Assembly (NCBI GenBank): GCA_024244705.1
Contig: JAAEOK010000060.1
Location: forward strand, 27,146 to 91,145
Direction of reading: 5' to 3'
From: Alphaproteobacteria bacterium
GTDB lineage: Bacteria > Pseudomonadota > Alphaproteobacteria > JAAEOK01
DNA: 64,000 nt
The notes under the pieces are model-generated. The model worked only from the letters and a program-made list of their open reading frames with translations, was not told the origin of the DNA and ran no database searches. Every line of letters starts with the position of its first letter. Position 1 is the first letter of the stretch. Positions 10,850 to 23,025 of this stretch are shown piece after piece. The translations under genes were made by a program, and so were the position numbers.

Positions 10850-11350
10850 ATGCCGGAAACGAAGCCTAAACCGATGGATACGATATCGTCGATCGAAGGC
10901 GTTACGGAGATTGGCCTTGAGCGCATCAACGAGGTCCTGCCACACCGTCCGCCCTTCCTGTTTGTCGAGCGCCTCATTGACATCGTGCCTGGCGAAAGCG
11001 CCACCGGTGTAAAGACGGTTTCTTCCAACGAAGACTTTTTCCGCGGCCATTTCCCCAAAAAACCTGTGATGCCCGGCGTACTTATCGTAGAGGCAATGGC
11101 CCAGACCGCAGCAGCGCTCGTCATGCATTCGCTCGATTGGCCGATCGAACGATTGCGAACCTCGGTTGTCTATTTCATGTCAATGGACACCTGTCGATTT
11201 CGTCGCCCCGTGTTTCCAGGGTCGGTGCTTTATCTCCCGGTCACCCGAATCCACACCCGTGGCCGCGTATGGAAATTCCAGGGTTTGGCAAGAGTGGATG
11301 GCATTACGGTGGCCGAGGCGCGCTATACAGCGATGATCTCAGACCGATAA
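10850..11350 (+). CDS. fabZ: 3-hydroxyacyl-ACP dehydratase (divergent)
   Basis: LPHRPPF, GHFP..PVMPGVLIVEAMAQ. Confidence 0.92.
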   Translation: MPETKPKPMDTISSIEGVTEIGLERINEVLPHRPPFLFVERLIDIVPGESATGVKTVSSNEDFFRGHFPKKPVMPGVLIVEAMAQTAAALVMHSLDWPIERLRTSVVYFMSMDTCRFRRPVFPGSVLYLPVTRIHTRGRVWKFQGLARVDGITVAEARYTAMISDR

Positions 11351-12162
11351 TGGCGGAAATCCACGCGACGGCATTGGTTCATCCGAATGCCGAACTAGCA
11401 GACGATGTCGTCATAGGCGCCTATGTGACGATCGGACCGACGGTCAGATTGGGTCGCTCCGTCGTCGTTGAATCCCATGCCGTCATCGACGGCGATACCG
11501 AGATCGGTGAAAGCACGCATATCTTTCCCCATGCGGTAATTGGCTTGGCACCCCAACACCGCCAAGACTCCGGTGCTCACGGTCGAGTAGTTATTGGAGG
11601 CAACTGCGTCATCCGCGAGCACGCCACCATTCATCGTGGCACCGAACGCGGTGGCGGGCTCACCTCCGTCGGCAATAACTGCTACCTGATGGTGGGCGTG
11701 CATGTTGCTCATGATTGTATCGTTGGCAACGACGTTACGATGGCCAACAACGCGACCCTCGGCGGCCACGTGACGGTCGGGGACCGCGCCTATCTTGGAG
11801 GGCTCGCAGGCATTCATCAACATGTTCGGATCGGCAGGTTGGCGATGATTCCGGCGGTGTCCTTGATAAAGGGCAACGTCGCACCGTTTGCGCTGGTCCT
11901 GCCGGGTGCCGAGCCGCTAGGTGGAGTATTACGCGGTCCGAACCTTGTCGGCCTTCGTCGCAACGGCTTCTCCCGCACAACGATACAGTGCATCGCCGGC
12001 GCGATGACGATGCTATTTTCAGCCGACGACAAATTGGCGGCCAACACGAACGAAGTGGAGTGCCGCTACCCCGACGAAGCTTGTGTTCAAGAAATGGTGC
12101 GATTTGTTCAGGACCGCCGCGGCCGAGGTTTTTTGAGGCTGGAAGCTCGCAATGGCGGGTAA
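11350..12162 (+). CDS. lpxA: UDP-GlcNAc acyltransferase (divergent)
   Basis: Hexapeptide repeats, TIHRGT, HVAHDC, LGGHV, IHQ, NLVGLRR. Confidence 0.9.
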   Translation: MAEIHATALVHPNAELADDVVIGAYVTIGPTVRLGRSVVVESHAVIDGDTEIGESTHIFPHAVIGLAPQHRQDSGAHGRVVIGGNCVIREHATIHRGTERGGGLTSVGNNCYLMVGVHVAHDCIVGNDVTMANNATLGGHVTVGDRAYLGGLAGIHQHVRIGRLAMIPAVSLIKGNVAPFALVLPGAEPLGGVLRGPNLVGLRRNGFSRTTIQCIAGAMTMLFSADDKLAANTNEVECRYPDEACVQEMVRFVQDRRGRGFLRLEARNGG

Positions 12163-12976
12163 GCTCGGTGTCGTCGCCGGCGGCGGAGACTTGCCGATCG
12201 AGCTCTACAATGCGGCCGTAAAGCAGGGCAGGGACGCCCTTGTTCTTGCCATCGAAGGCCAGGCGGATGCAGCCAAGTTATCCGGCATTCCCCATAAATG
12301 GATCCAGCTGACGGCAATCGGCCGAACGATTGACCTCGCACGCGAGAATGATATCCGTGAGCTGGTCCTGACCGGAGATTTCCAGCCATGGCATTTGAAA
12401 GCTCAGGAGCCCGACGCTTGGCTCAGCAAGCGCATGCCGGAAATCATGAGCCGGATGCGGCTTGGTGAAAACGAAGTCGTTGCCTTCCTTATCCAAGAGA
12501 TAGAAAAGGACGGATTGGCGGTCGTTAGCGCCAGGGCGTTTGCCGCCGACTTGTTTGCGGAAAAGGGGCAGCTTGGAGCATTTGAACCGGACACCGAGGC
12601 ATGGATGGACATCGTTTTGGGCGTTGAGGCCGCCAAGGCGATCGGCGGTCTCGACATTGGCCAGGCGGTCGTGGTCCAGCGCAGAACGATCCTGGCCGTC
12701 GAAGGCGCCGAGGGCACCGATCAACTGATCAGACGATCCAAGGATTTGCAAATGGACGGTCCCGGCGCGGTTCTCGTCAAAATGCGGAAGCCGCAGCAGG
12801 AACTCCGCGCCGATCCGCCCACGATTGGCCCGCAGACCATGGTCAACGCTTCCGATGCTGGATTTCGTGGCATCGCGATCGAAGCCGGCGCCGCGGTCGT
12901 CGTCGATCGTGAACGGACGATTGCGGTTGCCGACAGCAGCGGATTGTTCCTCGTCGCGGTCCGCGGTGCCGAATGA
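12152..12976 (+). CDS. lpxI: UDP-2,3-diacylglucosamine diphosphatase LpxI (divergent)
   Basis: KLGVVAGGGDLP, DIGQAVVV, AVEGAEGTD, KPQQELRADPPTIG; lies between lpxA and lpxB. Confidence 0.88.
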   Translation: MAGKLGVVAGGGDLPIELYNAAVKQGRDALVLAIEGQADAAKLSGIPHKWIQLTAIGRTIDLARENDIRELVLTGDFQPWHLKAQEPDAWLSKRMPEIMSRMRLGENEVVAFLIQEIEKDGLAVVSARAFAADLFAEKGQLGAFEPDTEAWMDIVLGVEAAKAIGGLDIGQAVVVQRRTILAVEGAEGTDQLIRRSKDLQMDGPGAVLVKMRKPQQELRADPPTIGPQTMVNASDAGFRGIAIEAGAAVVVDRERTIAVADSSGLFLVAVRGAE

Positions 12977-14166
12977 ACAGCATTTCCAAGCCCTCGACAC
13001 CAGATCCGCTCATTTTTTTGATTGCGGGCGAGCCTTCCGGAGATGCCATCGGCGGCGCCTTGATGACCGCGATGAAACGAAAGACGGGCGGGCGAATTCG
13101 GTTTGCCGGGATCGGCGGAGAAGCCATGCAGGCGGAAGGACTCGACAGTCTTTTTCCCATGAGCGAGTTGACGCTTTATGATCTTGGGGACGTCGCCGCG
13201 CGATATTGGTCATTGGTGAAAAGGTTGCGGGAGACCGAGAATACGGCCCGCAGCCTCCATCCGGCGGCGATTGTCACCATCGATTGTCCGATGTTTAGCC
13301 TTCGCGTTTCCCGTCGCCTGCGCGATCTCGGCGTACCGCTCATTCACTATGTGGCCCCGCGCGTTTACGCCTATCTGCCGGGACGTGCGGCGGCAATGGC
13401 AAAATTCCTCGATCATCTGCTGTTTCTGTTTCCCTTCGAGAAGCCCTATTTCGATGCGGTCGGGCTCGAATCGACCTATGTCGGCCCGAATATTCTCGAA
13501 CGGCCGGACAGTCCCGGTGATGGTCCCGGGTTTCGCCGCCGCCACGGTATCGCGGAAGATGCACGGGTCTTGGCGGTTCTGCCGGGAAGCCGTAACAGCG
13601 AACTCCGTCTTATATTGCCGATCTTCGATGCGGTGATAGGACGCTTGGCTCAGGAATTCCCGGATTTGGTGATCGTCGCGCCAACGACGACCCAGATGCG
13701 AAAGCGCGTGAGCGACTCGGCAAGCACGTGGCCTGCGCCAACAATTCTCGCCACCGATATCGCGGAAAAGCGGGACGCTTTTGCCGCCTGCGACGTTGCG
13801 CTCGCCGCCGCGGGCACGGTGACGTTGGAGTTGGCGGCCGCCGGCGTTCCTGCCGTCGTATGTGGACGAATTGCCGCCCTGAATTTGCTTCGCGTATTTC
13901 GCGGCCTGCGCGTTAAATACATCAGCATTCCGAATTGGATCCTCGATCGGGCCGCTATCCCGGAATTCCGCCAATATGGGTGCCGGCCAAAGGCCATCGC
14001 CGAGGCCGTCGGCCGTCTGTTGGCCGATCCCGCGGCGCGGGCGACTCAGTCGGCGGATCTCGAGGAAGTGGTCTCGCGCCTTAGGATCGGCGACAAGCGG
14101 CCAAGCGATCGTGCCGCCGAACGGATCATGGAGTTGGTTTCCGACGCCAAGATTGCATTAGAATAA
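12973..14166 (+). CDS. lpxB: Lipid A disaccharide synthase (divergent)
   Basis: IAGEPSGD, LFPFE, LPGSRNSE, GTVTLELA. Confidence 0.9.
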   Translation: MNSISKPSTPDPLIFLIAGEPSGDAIGGALMTAMKRKTGGRIRFAGIGGEAMQAEGLDSLFPMSELTLYDLGDVAARYWSLVKRLRETENTARSLHPAAIVTIDCPMFSLRVSRRLRDLGVPLIHYVAPRVYAYLPGRAAAMAKFLDHLLFLFPFEKPYFDAVGLESTYVGPNILERPDSPGDGPGFRRRHGIAEDARVLAVLPGSRNSELRLILPIFDAVIGRLAQEFPDLVIVAPTTTQMRKRVSDSASTWPAPTILATDIAEKRDAFAACDVALAAAGTVTLELAAAGVPAVVCGRIAALNLLRVFRGLRVKYISIPNWILDRAAIPEFRQYGCRPKAIAEAVGRLLADPAARATQSADLEEVVSRLRIGDKRPSDRAAERIMELVSDAKIALE

Positions 14167-14202
14167 AGCGACCGCGAACGATCAAAAAGGGGTACTTGGG
14201 CG

Positions 14203-14619
14203 ATGAATGAACGGACGCCGGCAGAAACGCCCCACCGATTGCTTCACACGATGATTCGGGTGCGTGACCTCGATCGCTCGATTGATTTCTACACCCGCCA
14301 TTTGGGCATGGAGGTTTTGCGCAGAAGTGATTATGCAGCGGGCCGATTTACGCTGGCCTTCGTGGGTTACGGCGATGAGAAGGAACACACCGTCATCGAG
14401 CTGACCCACAACTGGGACCAGGAACAGGACTATGAACATGGGTCCGGATTCGGTCACTTGGCGATCGGCGTACCGGATATCTATGCGATTTGCGCCGACC
14501 TCGAAAAAGAGGGTGTCAGTATTCCGAGGCCGCCCGGTCCGATGAAACACGGCACCACGGTGATCGCATTCGTCGAGGACCCCGACGGCTACAAGATCGA
14601 ACTCATTGAGCGCAAGTAA
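14203..14619 (+). CDS. gloA: Lactoylglutathione lyase (glyoxalase I)
   Basis: LLHTMIRV, IELTHNW, FVEDPDGYKIELI. Confidence 0.96.
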   Translation: MNERTPAETPHRLLHTMIRVRDLDRSIDFYTRHLGMEVLRRSDYAAGRFTLAFVGYGDEKEHTVIELTHNWDQEQDYEHGSGFGHLAIGVPDIYAICADLEKEGVSIPRPPGPMKHGTTVIAFVEDPDGYKIELIERK

Positions 14620-14634
14620 ACTAGATGGACGGCG

Positions 14635-15957
14635 CTAGGCGCGCTCATCGAGGGAGATGAAATTCCGCGCCGACTCCCCGGTATAGAGTTGACGCGGGCG
14701 CCCGATTTTTTGGCTGGGATCTTCAATCATCTCGTTCCACTGCGCGACCCAGCCGACGGTCCGCGCCAAAGCGAATATGACCGTAAACATCGACGTCGGT
14801 AAACCGATCGCATCCATGATGATGCCGGAATAGAAATCGACGTTGGGGAAGAGCTTCTTCTCGACGAAGTAATCGTCTTCGAGGGCAATGCGCTCAAGTT
14901 CAAGCGCTAGCTTGAGCATGGGCTCGTCCTTCTTGCCGAGGTCATCGAGCACCTCATGGCATGAGGCTCTCAGGACGGCAGCGCGGGGATCGTAATTCTT
15001 GTAGACGCGGTGGCCGAATCCCATCAATCGGAACGGATCGTCGTGATCCTTGGCCCGAGCGATATACTCCGGAATACGATCAGGATGCTCGATCTCGCGA
15101 AGCATGTTCAGCACGGCTTCGTTGGCACCGCCGTGGGCCGGGCCCCAAAGCGACGCGATCCCGGCGGCGATGCACGCGAAGGGGTTGGCGCCACTCGAGC
15201 CAGCCAATCTCACCGTGCTCGTCGACGCGTTCTGTTCATGGTCGGCATGGAGAATGAAAATACGATCGATGGCGCGCGCCACAACTGGATTGACCTTGTA
15301 GTCCTCGGCCGGCACGGCTTGCGTCATGTGGAGAAAATTCTCCGCATAGGCCAAGCGGTTCTGCGGGTACACAAAGGGCTGCCCAAGAGAATATTTGTAT
15401 GCCATGGCGGCGATTGTCGGCATCTTTGCGATCAACCGGTAGGACGCGATCATGCGTTGACGCGCGTCATGGATGTCGGTGCTGTCATGATAAAAAGCGG
15501 AAAGCGCGCCGACGACGCCAACCATGATCGCCATCGGGTGAGCATCACGCCGAAACCCGCGATAGAAATTCATCAGCTGCTCGTGCAGCATGGTATGCAT
15601 GGTAATGTCTTGGCTGAATTTCGTTTTCTGCTCGGGGGTCGGTAATTCGCCCTTGAGCAAGAGAAAGCAGACCTCCATGAAATCGCAATTCTCCGCCAGA
15701 TCTTCAATGCGATAACCGCGGTGGAGAAGGATACCCGCGTCGCCGTCGATGAAAGTGATGGCCGACTCGCAGCTGCCGGTGGCGGTAAACCCAGGATCGA
15801 AAGTGAAATACCCGGCGTCGGCATAAAGGCGGCGGACGTCAATCACGGCCGGGCCTTCGGTCCCATGTATTATGGGTAGCTCGTAGGCCTTGCCGGTCGA
15901 ATTGTCGGTCAGGGTTACGGTATCCGGGGAATCCTGCTTGGCTTGCGCGTCGGTCAT
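14635..15957 (-). CDS. gltA: Citrate synthase (type II)
   Basis: [42 protein letters not shown]. Confidence 0.98.
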   Translation of the reverse strand: MTDAQAKQDSPDTVTLTDNSTGKAYELPIIHGTEGPAVIDVRRLYADAGYFTFDPGFTATGSCESAITFIDGDAGILLHRGYRIEDLAENCDFMEVCFLLLKGELPTPEQKTKFSQDITMHTMLHEQLMNFYRGFRRDAHPMAIMVGVVGALSAFYHDSTDIHDARQRMIASYRLIAKMPTIAAMAYKYSLGQPFVYPQNRLAYAENFLHMTQAVPAEDYKVNPVVARAIDRIFILHADHEQNASTSTVRLAGSSGANPFACIAAGIASLWGPAHGGANEAVLNMLREIEHPDRIPEYIARAKDHDDPFRLMGFGHRVYKNYDPRAAVLRASCHEVLDDLGKKDEPMLKLALELERIALEDDYFVEKKLFPNVDFYSGIIMDAIGLPTSMFTVIFALARTVGWVAQWNEMIEDPSQKIGRPRQLYTGESARNFISLDERA

Positions 15958-16064
15958 CTAACCATCCGGTTAATTGAAAGGAGGGTAGGGGTCAATCTTG
16001 CCTCAACAGAATACTTGCCGGGCAACTGAATGGCAAATCGTGGATACGAAACCGAATCCCGCCT

Positions 16065-17465
16065 CTACGCCGCAATATCGTCGAAGCGGGCGAGGCACTC
16101 ATCCCGGCCGAGGATGGCCATGACCTCGAAGATGCTTGGTGACGCGGTCGCGCCGGTAAGGGCGGCACGCAACGGTTGGGCAAGTTTCCCCAAGCCAAGC
16201 TTTCGCGATGACGCGAATGCACGGGCCTCGGCCTCGAGACTTGCTTCAGACCAGTCTTCGAATACCGATAGCTGTGCGGCGAAGTCGGCAATCAATATTC
16301 GGGCCTCGTCGGTCAGCAAAAGTGCCGCCTTGCCGGAAATCCCTATCGGTCGTTTGGCGACATAAAATCTGGCGTTTTCAGCGAGTTCGACAATAGTCTT
16401 GGCACGTTTCTTCAGGCCCGGCAGGGCCCCCATAAGCCGCTTTCTGTCGCTTTCCGTCGGCCCTTCGTCGCTTCCGTCGAACAGGTGCGGATCCATGAGC
16501 GCGATCAACCGGGCATTGTCGGCATCGCGCAGGTAATGTCCGTTGAGGTTTTCGAGTTTGGCAAGATCGAAGCGCGCCGCCGATTTGCCGACCCCGTCGA
16601 GGTCGAACCAAGCGATCGCATGTTCGCGGTCGATGATTTCGTCGTCGCCATGGGCCCAGCCGAGACGGAGAAGATAGTTGCAGATCGCCTCCGGCAGATA
16701 GCCCATCTCGCGATAGGCCGCGACCCCGAGAGCGCCATGGCGCTTCGACAATTTCGCGCCATCGGACCCATGAATCAGGGGGATATGGACGAATCGCGGC
16801 GGTTCCCAACCGAGCGCCCGATAGAGCTGCGTTTGACGGAACGCGTTGGTCAGGTGATCGTCGCCGCGGATGACATCGGTGATTCCCATGTCATGGTCGT
16901 CGACGACGACCGACAGCATGTAAGTCGGCGATCCGTCGGCTCTCAGGAGCACCATGTCATCGAGCTGCTGATTGTCGATCTCGACAGATCCCTGGACGCC
17001 ATCGTCTATTGTTGTCGTGCCGCCGTTGGGAGCCTTGAACCTCACCGCTGGCGAAACACCTTCCGGCGCTTCGGCGGGGTCGCGGTCTCGCCACCGTCGG
17101 TCGTAAGTCGCCGGTCGGCCCTCGACCTTGGCCCGTTCCCGCATTTCGGCCAATTCCGCGGGTGAGGCATAGCAGTTGTACGCGTGTCCGCTCCGCAGCA
17201 ATTCCTGAGCGGCCTCGCTATGGCGACGGGCGCGTTCCGACTGAAAAACGACATCGCCGTCCCAGGTCAATTCGAGCCAGGACAATCCGTCAAGAATGGC
17301 TGCCTTTGCCTCTTCGGTGGATCGTGCCCGGTCCGTATCCTCGATGCGTAGTTGAAAAATGCCGCCATGGTGGCGGGCGAACAACCAGTTGAACAACGCC
17401 GTTCGCGCGCCACCGATATGCAAGAAACCCGTGGGCGAAGGGGCGAATCGAGTAACCACGCTCAT
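16065..17465 (-). CDS. gltX: Glutamate-tRNA ligase
   Basis: [14 protein letters not shown] (HIGH), KLSKR (KMSKS). Confidence 0.97.
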   Translation of the reverse strand: MSVVTRFAPSPTGFLHIGGARTALFNWLFARHHGGIFQLRIEDTDRARSTEEAKAAILDGLSWLELTWDGDVVFQSERARRHSEAAQELLRSGHAYNCYASPAELAEMRERAKVEGRPATYDRRWRDRDPAEAPEGVSPAVRFKAPNGGTTTIDDGVQGSVEIDNQQLDDMVLLRADGSPTYMLSVVVDDHDMGITDVIRGDDHLTNAFRQTQLYRALGWEPPRFVHIPLIHGSDGAKLSKRHGALGVAAYREMGYLPEAICNYLLRLGWAHGDDEIIDREHAIAWFDLDGVGKSAARFDLAKLENLNGHYLRDADNARLIALMDPHLFDGSDEGPTESDRKRLMGALPGLKKRAKTIVELAENARFYVAKRPIGISGKAALLLTDEARILIADFAAQLSVFEDWSEASLEAEARAFASSRKLGLGKLAQPLRAALTGATASPSIFEVMAILGRDECLARFDDIAA

Positions 17466-17552
17466 GGCAATGAGAATCCTTGTTTTGGCCTGATCGGCGC
17501 GTGGTGTGTAGCATAAGGGGAAAATCCGCACAGCAGGCTTGATAGATCGATC

Positions 17553-19679
17553 ATGTTCAGCGGTCGGGTCGACGAGAGGAATGACGAAACCCGATGGGGT
17601 GCCATGGGGCCGGTTCGGTTGGCCATGTCCTTTCTGGCCGAGGAACGTGACCGATGGGTGCTGTGGATCCCGGTTGGTATCGCTACCGGAATCGCGATCT
17701 ATTTCTCGCTGCGCACGGAAGCTGCGCTTTGGGTTGGACCTACGCTCCTCATACTCGCCTTAGTGGTCTTGATCGCCAGCAGGCACCGCTCGGTGGCGAC
17801 GCCAATAGCAATGATCCTGATCGCCCCGGCTGCGGGGTTTGCCGCCGCGCAGGTAGCGACGTTCCTGACCGATGTCGAAACACTGGACGAGCGGATCGGC
17901 CCCCGCCAAATGATCGGGCAAATAAGGTCGGTTCAAGACGTCACCGGTGGTTACCGGTTCGTTCTGACGTCGGCGACAATGGATGACCTGGGTCAAGACG
18001 ACCTGCCACGACGGGTACGCGTTCGAACGCCGAAGGGCGACTGGTTGCCGCTGCCGGGCGATTGGGCCGCGGGCCTCGTCGTACTCAATCCGCCGCCGCC
18101 GTCGGTGGCACCGCATGCGTTCGATTTCGAACGTTACGCCTTCTTCAAGGGCATCGGAGCGATTGGGTACTCCCTCGGCAGAATGAAGCCCGCCGCAGAT
18201 TTCGAATCCGACCACGGCGGTGCAATGCTCTTGTTGTCGCGGATCCGGCGGTCGGTTTACCAGAGGATTGTCGCGGCTCTTCCCGGTCGGGAGGGTGCTG
18301 TTGCCGCTGCTTTGATCACCGGCGAACGTGGGTCCATCCCGGCGGGCACATTGCAGGCGATGAGAGATTCCGGGCTCGCTCATCTTCTCGCGATATCGGG
18401 ACTACATATCGGCCTGGTCGCCGGGCTTATTTTCTTCGCTACCCGCGCTTTGCTCGCTTTGTGGCCGACAATCGCGCTTCGCCATCCGATCAAGAAGTGG
18501 TCGGCAGTGGTCGCCCTGGTGGGGGCATTCTGCTATTTGCTGCTGTCCGGCATGACGGTTCCGACACAACGAGCGTTCTTGATGATAGCGCTCGTCCTCC
18601 TGGCGGTTATGACCGACCGCGAAGGCGTGTCGATGCGGCTCGTGGCATTCGCCGCGATCGTGGTCCTGTTGCTGGCCCCCCACACGCTGATGAGTGCCAG
18701 TTTTCAGCTTTCCTTCGCAGCCGTGATCGCGCTTGTTGCGGTCTATGAAGCGCTACGCGCCCGCTACGCCATCAATTTGCGAACCAGCTCCTGGTGGCGG
18801 CAACCGCTGCTCTATGTCGGCGGCGTCGCTTTGACGACCTTCGTCGCGAGTTTGGCGACCTTACCCTATGCCCTATTCCACTTCGGCCGAATAACCCTTT
18901 ACGGATTGGCCGCAAATATGATCGCGGTGCCGGTTACCGCTTTCTGGATCATGCCGTGGGGGCTGCTCGCCCTTTGCCTGATGCCCTTTGGATTGGAGAA
19001 AGTAGCGCTCGTGCCCATGGGTTGGGGCATCGGCGTCGTCCTCGGCGCCGCGGAATCAGTCGCAAGTTGGCCGGGAGCCGTCCTACTGATGCCGATGCCG
19101 CCGGCCTGGGCGATCGTTCTGGTCACTATCGGCGGCCTCTGGCTGTGCTTGTGGCGCCGGCGATGGAGGTGGCTCGGCTTACCCGTCATATTGATCGCGC
19201 TCATCGGCTTTGGTGCCGCGACCCCGCCAAGCCTTTTGGTCTCGCCCGACGCGCGGCTCGTCGCGGTCCGCGATCGCGACGAGGCTTGGCTATTTTCGTC
19301 GGCCCGTCGCGACGCCTTCGTCCGCGACTCGTGGCTGCGTCTGGTCGGTGCGGCGGAATGGCGACCGTGGCCCGAGGAGGGCCCCAGCGAAGGAGGCGCG
19401 CTGCAATGCGACACCATCGGCTGTCTCTATTCGATCGCCGGCCGGATCGTCGCGATTGTCAAGGACCCCCGCGCCGCCGCCGAGGATTGCGCCATCGCCG
19501 ACGTGGTTGTAGCGCTGGTGCCGCTCGATGATCGTTGTCGACCGCGAACCGGTCTGGCGATCGATCGCTTCGATCTATGGCGCAACGGCGCCTACGAAAT
19601 TCGGTTTGACGGAGGAGAAATTAGGGCGACCTCGTCACGGCAGGTGCGGGGCGATCGTCCGTGGGTGGGATTGCCGTGA
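17553..19679 (+). CDS. comEC: ComEC/Rec2 competence channel protein (start uncertain)
   Basis: [20 protein letters not shown]; many TM helices; gltX-comEC-lexA synteny. Confidence 0.92.
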   Translation: MFSGRVDERNDETRWGAMGPVRLAMSFLAEERDRWVLWIPVGIATGIAIYFSLRTEAALWVGPTLLILALVVLIASRHRSVATPIAMILIAPAAGFAAAQVATFLTDVETLDERIGPRQMIGQIRSVQDVTGGYRFVLTSATMDDLGQDDLPRRVRVRTPKGDWLPLPGDWAAGLVVLNPPPPSVAPHAFDFERYAFFKGIGAIGYSLGRMKPAADFESDHGGAMLLLSRIRRSVYQRIVAALPGREGAVAAALITGERGSIPAGTLQAMRDSGLAHLLAISGLHIGLVAGLIFFATRALLALWPTIALRHPIKKWSAVVALVGAFCYLLLSGMTVPTQRAFLMIALVLLAVMTDREGVSMRLVAFAAIVVLLLAPHTLMSASFQLSFAAVIALVAVYEALRARYAINLRTSSWWRQPLLYVGGVALTTFVASLATLPYALFHFGRITLYGLAANMIAVPVTAFWIMPWGLLALCLMPFGLEKVALVPMGWGIGVVLGAAESVASWPGAVLLMPMPPAWAIVLVTIGGLWLCLWRRRWRWLGLPVILIALIGFGAATPPSLLVSPDARLVAVRDRDEAWLFSSARRDAFVRDSWLRLVGAAEWRPWPEEGPSEGGALQCDTIGCLYSIAGRIVAIVKDPRAAAEDCAIADVVVALVPLDDRCRPRTGLAIDRFDLWRNGAYEIRFDGGEIRATSSRQVRGDRPWVGLP

Positions 19680-20384
19680 TCAATAGCGGCGGATAAGACC
19701 GACGAGTTTGCCTTGGACCTTGACTTGGTCCGGTCCAAAGATACGGGTTTCATACTTCGTGTTGGCGGGCTCCAGCGCTACAGAATTGCCCTTGCGGCGC
19801 AGCCGCTTCAGCGTCACTTCGTTGCCGGCAACCAAGGCCACGACAATGCTCCCGTTTTCCGCGGTTTCGCAGCGTTGAATGATTGCCGTGTCGCCGTCTT
19901 GAATGCCGGCGTCGACCATCGAATCGCCATCGATCTCCAGGGCATAGTGCTCGCCGCCGCCCAACAGGGTGGGCGGGACGGCAATCGAATTACCGGGTTC
20001 GCGTAAGGCCTCGATCGGTGTGCCGGCTGCGATACGGCCGTAGAGAGGCAATTCCACCACCTCGCCGCCGACCCGAACCGGCGTCGGACCGGATTTGAAA
20101 TCGGGACGGATGACATTCGACGGACGGCCCCTGCGGGCAGACCCGAGGGAACGATTATTCAGCGCCGCGTCTTGCGGCATTCGCAGGATTTCAAGCGCCC
20201 GGGCGCGGTGCGGCAGACGGCGTATGAACCCGCGCTCTTCGAGGCCGGTGATCAAACGATGGATGCCTGATTTGGACTTCAACCCGAGCGCTTCCTTCAT
20301 CTCGTCGAAGGATGGCGACACGCCCTTGCTGGTGATCCGCTCGTTGATGAATATCAGTAACTCGTGCTGCTTGCGGGTCAACAT
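19680..20384 (-). CDS. lexA: SOS repressor LexA
   Basis: MLTRKQ, PSFDEM, IAAG cleavage site, GDSM, TLKR. Confidence 0.97.
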   Translation of the reverse strand: MLTRKQHELLIFINERITSKGVSPSFDEMKEALGLKSKSGIHRLITGLEERGFIRRLPHRARALEILRMPQDAALNNRSLGSARRGRPSNVIRPDFKSGPTPVRVGGEVVELPLYGRIAAGTPIEALREPGNSIAVPPTLLGGGEHYALEIDGDSMVDAGIQDGDTAIIQRCETAENGSIVVALVAGNEVTLKRLRRKGNSVALEPANTKYETRIFGPDQVKVQGKLVGLIRRY

Positions 20385-20418
20385 GTCTGATATCCCCCTC
20401 GAACGGACACAAAATGTA

Positions 20419-20458
20419 GAACAAAATGCCAACTTCTTATTATGTTCTAGTTTAGTTC
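20419..20458. promoter_or_regulatory. Alphaproteobacterial SOS box(es) upstream of lexA
   Basis: Perfect GTTC-N7-GTTC at 20444-20458; degenerate GAAC-N7-CAAC at 20419-20433. Confidence 0.85.
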
Positions 20459-20511
20459 CACTTTTTCGTCAACCCTTTTTGGCGTTCGATGCAGCGCCCC
20501 GGGCGGCCTTC

Positions 20512-21726
20512 CTAGACGCTGAAGAGGGAGCCGGATAGGTGAATGACTTCGACGCGATCGCCGGAGGCGGCCGACGGCGCATCGGGTGCCCTGACGATAA
20601 GGCAGTCCGCGTGGGCCAGTCCCGACAACACCGAGCTGTCCTGTTTGGTGAACGGGGTGGCCACCGGTTCTCCGGCGCCATCGTAGGAGAGTGTCGCGCG
20701 TAGATAGTCCTGCCGCCTATCGTTCGCCGGCAAATCGCGGCCGAGCGCCGCTGTCGCGGCCGGCGCCGTATCGACGCCGAGGCCCAGCATCTTGGCCAGT
20801 GCCGGGCGCAGGAATACAACCGCGCAAACCAGCGACGAGACCGGATTGCCGGGCAGTCCCAACAACGGCGTTTCGCCCAATTGGCCGAAAATCAATGGCT
20901 TCCCCGGCCGCATCGCGACCTTCCAGAAGTCGACCTGCAAGCCTTCCTTGCCGAGTGCCTTTTGCACAAGATCGTGGTCGCCAACGGAAGCGCCGCCGCT
21001 GGTCACCAGGAGATCGGCGCCACGCGCTCCGGCCGCCATCGCGGTCAGGACCCGCTCGTCATCGGCGGCGATACCAAGGTTTGACGGTGTGCCGCCGCAG
21101 GCGGTGACAAACGCGGCTAGAGAAATGCCGTTCGAACTGACGATCTGGTTCGGTCCTCGCAATTCTCCCGGGTTCACCAATTCGTCACCGGACGACATGA
21201 TGGCGATTCGCGGTCTCCGCCGCACGCGCAACCAGGGGACGTTCATGGCGGCGGCAAAACCGATGTCCCGCGCGGTCAGAACTCGGCCGGATTGAAGGCC
21301 GACATCGCCGGCGCGAAAGTCGAGCCCGGCGGGTCGAACGAAATCACCGGCCGGTCCGCAGGCGGCAATCGTCACCGTTTCGCCGTCGGACTCCGTGTCC
21401 TCCTGGATGACGATGGTATCCGCCGCGTCGGGAACGGGCCCGCCGGTGAAGATCCGAACCGCCGTGCCGGGTGTCACCGTTCCGTCGAACGCACCGCCGG
21501 CCGGCGCCGACCCGATCAATTGAAGCTTGGTTGGCAGCGACGACATGTCGGCGTGGCGTACCGCGTATCCGTCCATGGCCGAAACCGCCGCGGGAGGTTG
21601 TGTCACGCGCGCCACAACATCCTCCGCGAGGACGCGACCCAGACCCTCGGCCAGCGCTATTTGCTCGGCCGCCAGGGGCTCGAAAACCGACGTTATCCTC
21701 TCTAGCGCCTCGGCGACCGATATCAT
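20512..21726 (-). CDS. moeA: Molybdopterin molybdotransferase
   Basis: [35 protein letters not shown]. Confidence 0.96.
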   Translation of the reverse strand: MISVAEALERITSVFEPLAAEQIALAEGLGRVLAEDVVARVTQPPAAVSAMDGYAVRHADMSSLPTKLQLIGSAPAGGAFDGTVTPGTAVRIFTGGPVPDAADTIVIQEDTESDGETVTIAACGPAGDFVRPAGLDFRAGDVGLQSGRVLTARDIGFAAAMNVPWLRVRRRPRIAIMSSGDELVNPGELRGPNQIVSSNGISLAAFVTACGGTPSNLGIAADDERVLTAMAAGARGADLLVTSGGASVGDHDLVQKALGKEGLQVDFWKVAMRPGKPLIFGQLGETPLLGLPGNPVSSLVCAVVFLRPALAKMLGLGVDTAPAATAALGRDLPANDRRQDYLRATLSYDGAGEPVATPFTKQDSSVLSGLAHADCLIVRAPDAPSAASGDRVEVIHLSGSLFSV

Positions 21727-22199
21727 GGCCTGTCGTAGGTTCCCGATTTTCCGCCACTCTTGTGGACGAGGCACATATCACCGATGCGCATTCCGCGGTC
21801 GATTGCCTTGCACATATCGTAAACGGTGAGGGCAGTCACCGAAACGGCGGTCAAGGCTTCCATCTCCACACCGGTCCGGCCAGTCGTTCGTACTGTCGCC
21901 GAAATGTCTATCGCGTCACGGCTCTCGTCGAATGACAAATCGACTTCGATAGATGTGATCGGCAATGGATGGCACAGGGGGATAAGGTCGGCGGTGCGCT
22001 TGGCGGCCATGATCCCAGCCAAGCGCGCGACGGCGACGACGTCACCCTTTTTCATCGCGCCTGCCTTTATCGCGGCCATCGTTTCCGGGTTCATATAGAC
22101 CGATCCCTTGGCGACGGCGACGCGCTCGGTGATGGCCTTCGCGGATACGTCGACCATACGCGCCTGGCCGTGGTCGTCGATATGCGTGAGTTTGCCCAT
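21723..22199 (-). CDS. moaC: Cyclic pyranopterin monophosphate synthase
   Basis: [35 protein letters not shown]. Confidence 0.97.
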   Translation of the reverse strand: MGKLTHIDDHGQARMVDVSAKAITERVAVAKGSVYMNPETMAAIKAGAMKKGDVVAVARLAGIMAAKRTADLIPLCHPLPITSIEVDLSFDESRDAIDISATVRTTGRTGVEMEALTAVSVTALTVYDMCKAIDRGMRIGDMCLVHKSGGKSGTYDRP

Positions 22200-22209
22200 T
22201 CCGTTGGCC

Positions 22210-23025
22210 TTATGCAGTGGCGCGCGCCGGCTCCGATTGATCAAGCAGCTTGCGGGTGGCGGATTCGATATCCGGTTGTGCCATGAGCGAGGTTCCAACC
22301 AGGAAGCTGTGGGCGCCGGCAGCGGCCATGCGCGCCAGATCGCGCGGATGGTCGAGACCGCTTTCACACACCAGCAGGCGGTCGGACGGCACCAGCGGCG
22401 CCAATTCCTCGGTCGTTGCGATATCGGTTTTCAGTGTCTTGAGGTTGCGATTGTTAATGCCGATCAAAGTTGACTGTAGTTTGAGCGCGCGTTCGAGTTC
22501 GGCGGCATCGTGCACTTCGATCAGTGCGTCCATCCCGAATTCCGCGGCGGCGGCCTCCAGATCCGCGGCTTGGTCATCATCCAGCACGGCCATGATGAGG
22601 AGGACACAATCGGCACCGATGACCCGCGATTCCACGATTTGATAGGGATCGAGCATGAAATCCTTTCGCAGTACCGGAAGATCGACGACGTCCCGAACCA
22701 CGGCCACGAAATCATCATGCCCGCCGAAATATTTTTCATCGGTCAACACCGATAGGCAGGCCGCGCCACCGCGCCGGTAGGCCTGCGCGATCGCCGGGGG
22801 ATCGAAATCTTCGCGGATCAGGCCGCGACTCGGCGAGGCCTTCTTGATCTCCGCGATCAGGCCGTATTTACCGGTCGCGATACGGGCGGCGAGGGCGGCG
22901 GCAAAGGGTCGTGCCGGTGACGCTGCGCGGGCATCGCGCTCAAGTGCCGGCTGCGGGTGCGTCAATTTGCGAACGCGAACGGCCTCGCGCTTGTCGCGGC
23001 AGATTTGGGCCAGCACGTCGCTCAA
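22210..23025 (-). CDS. trpC: Indole-3-glycerol phosphate synthase
   Basis: [28 protein letters not shown]. Confidence 0.97.
   Translation of the reverse strand: MSDVLAQICRDKREAVRVRKLTHPQPALERDARAASPARPFAAALAARIATGKYGLIAEIKKASPSRGLIREDFDPPAIAQAYRRGGAACLSVLTDEKYFGGHDDFVAVVRDVVDLPVLRKDFMLDPYQIVESRVIGADCVLLIMAVLDDDQAADLEAAAAEFGMDALIEVHDAAELERALKLQSTLIGINNRNLKTLKTDIATTEELAPLVPSDRLLVCESGLDHPRDLARMAAAGAHSFLVGTSLMAQPDIESATRKLLDQSEPARATA

Noticed and set aside
10668-10850. 60-aa ORF in the lpxD position
   Set aside because: TTG start, no hexapeptide repeats, not protein-like
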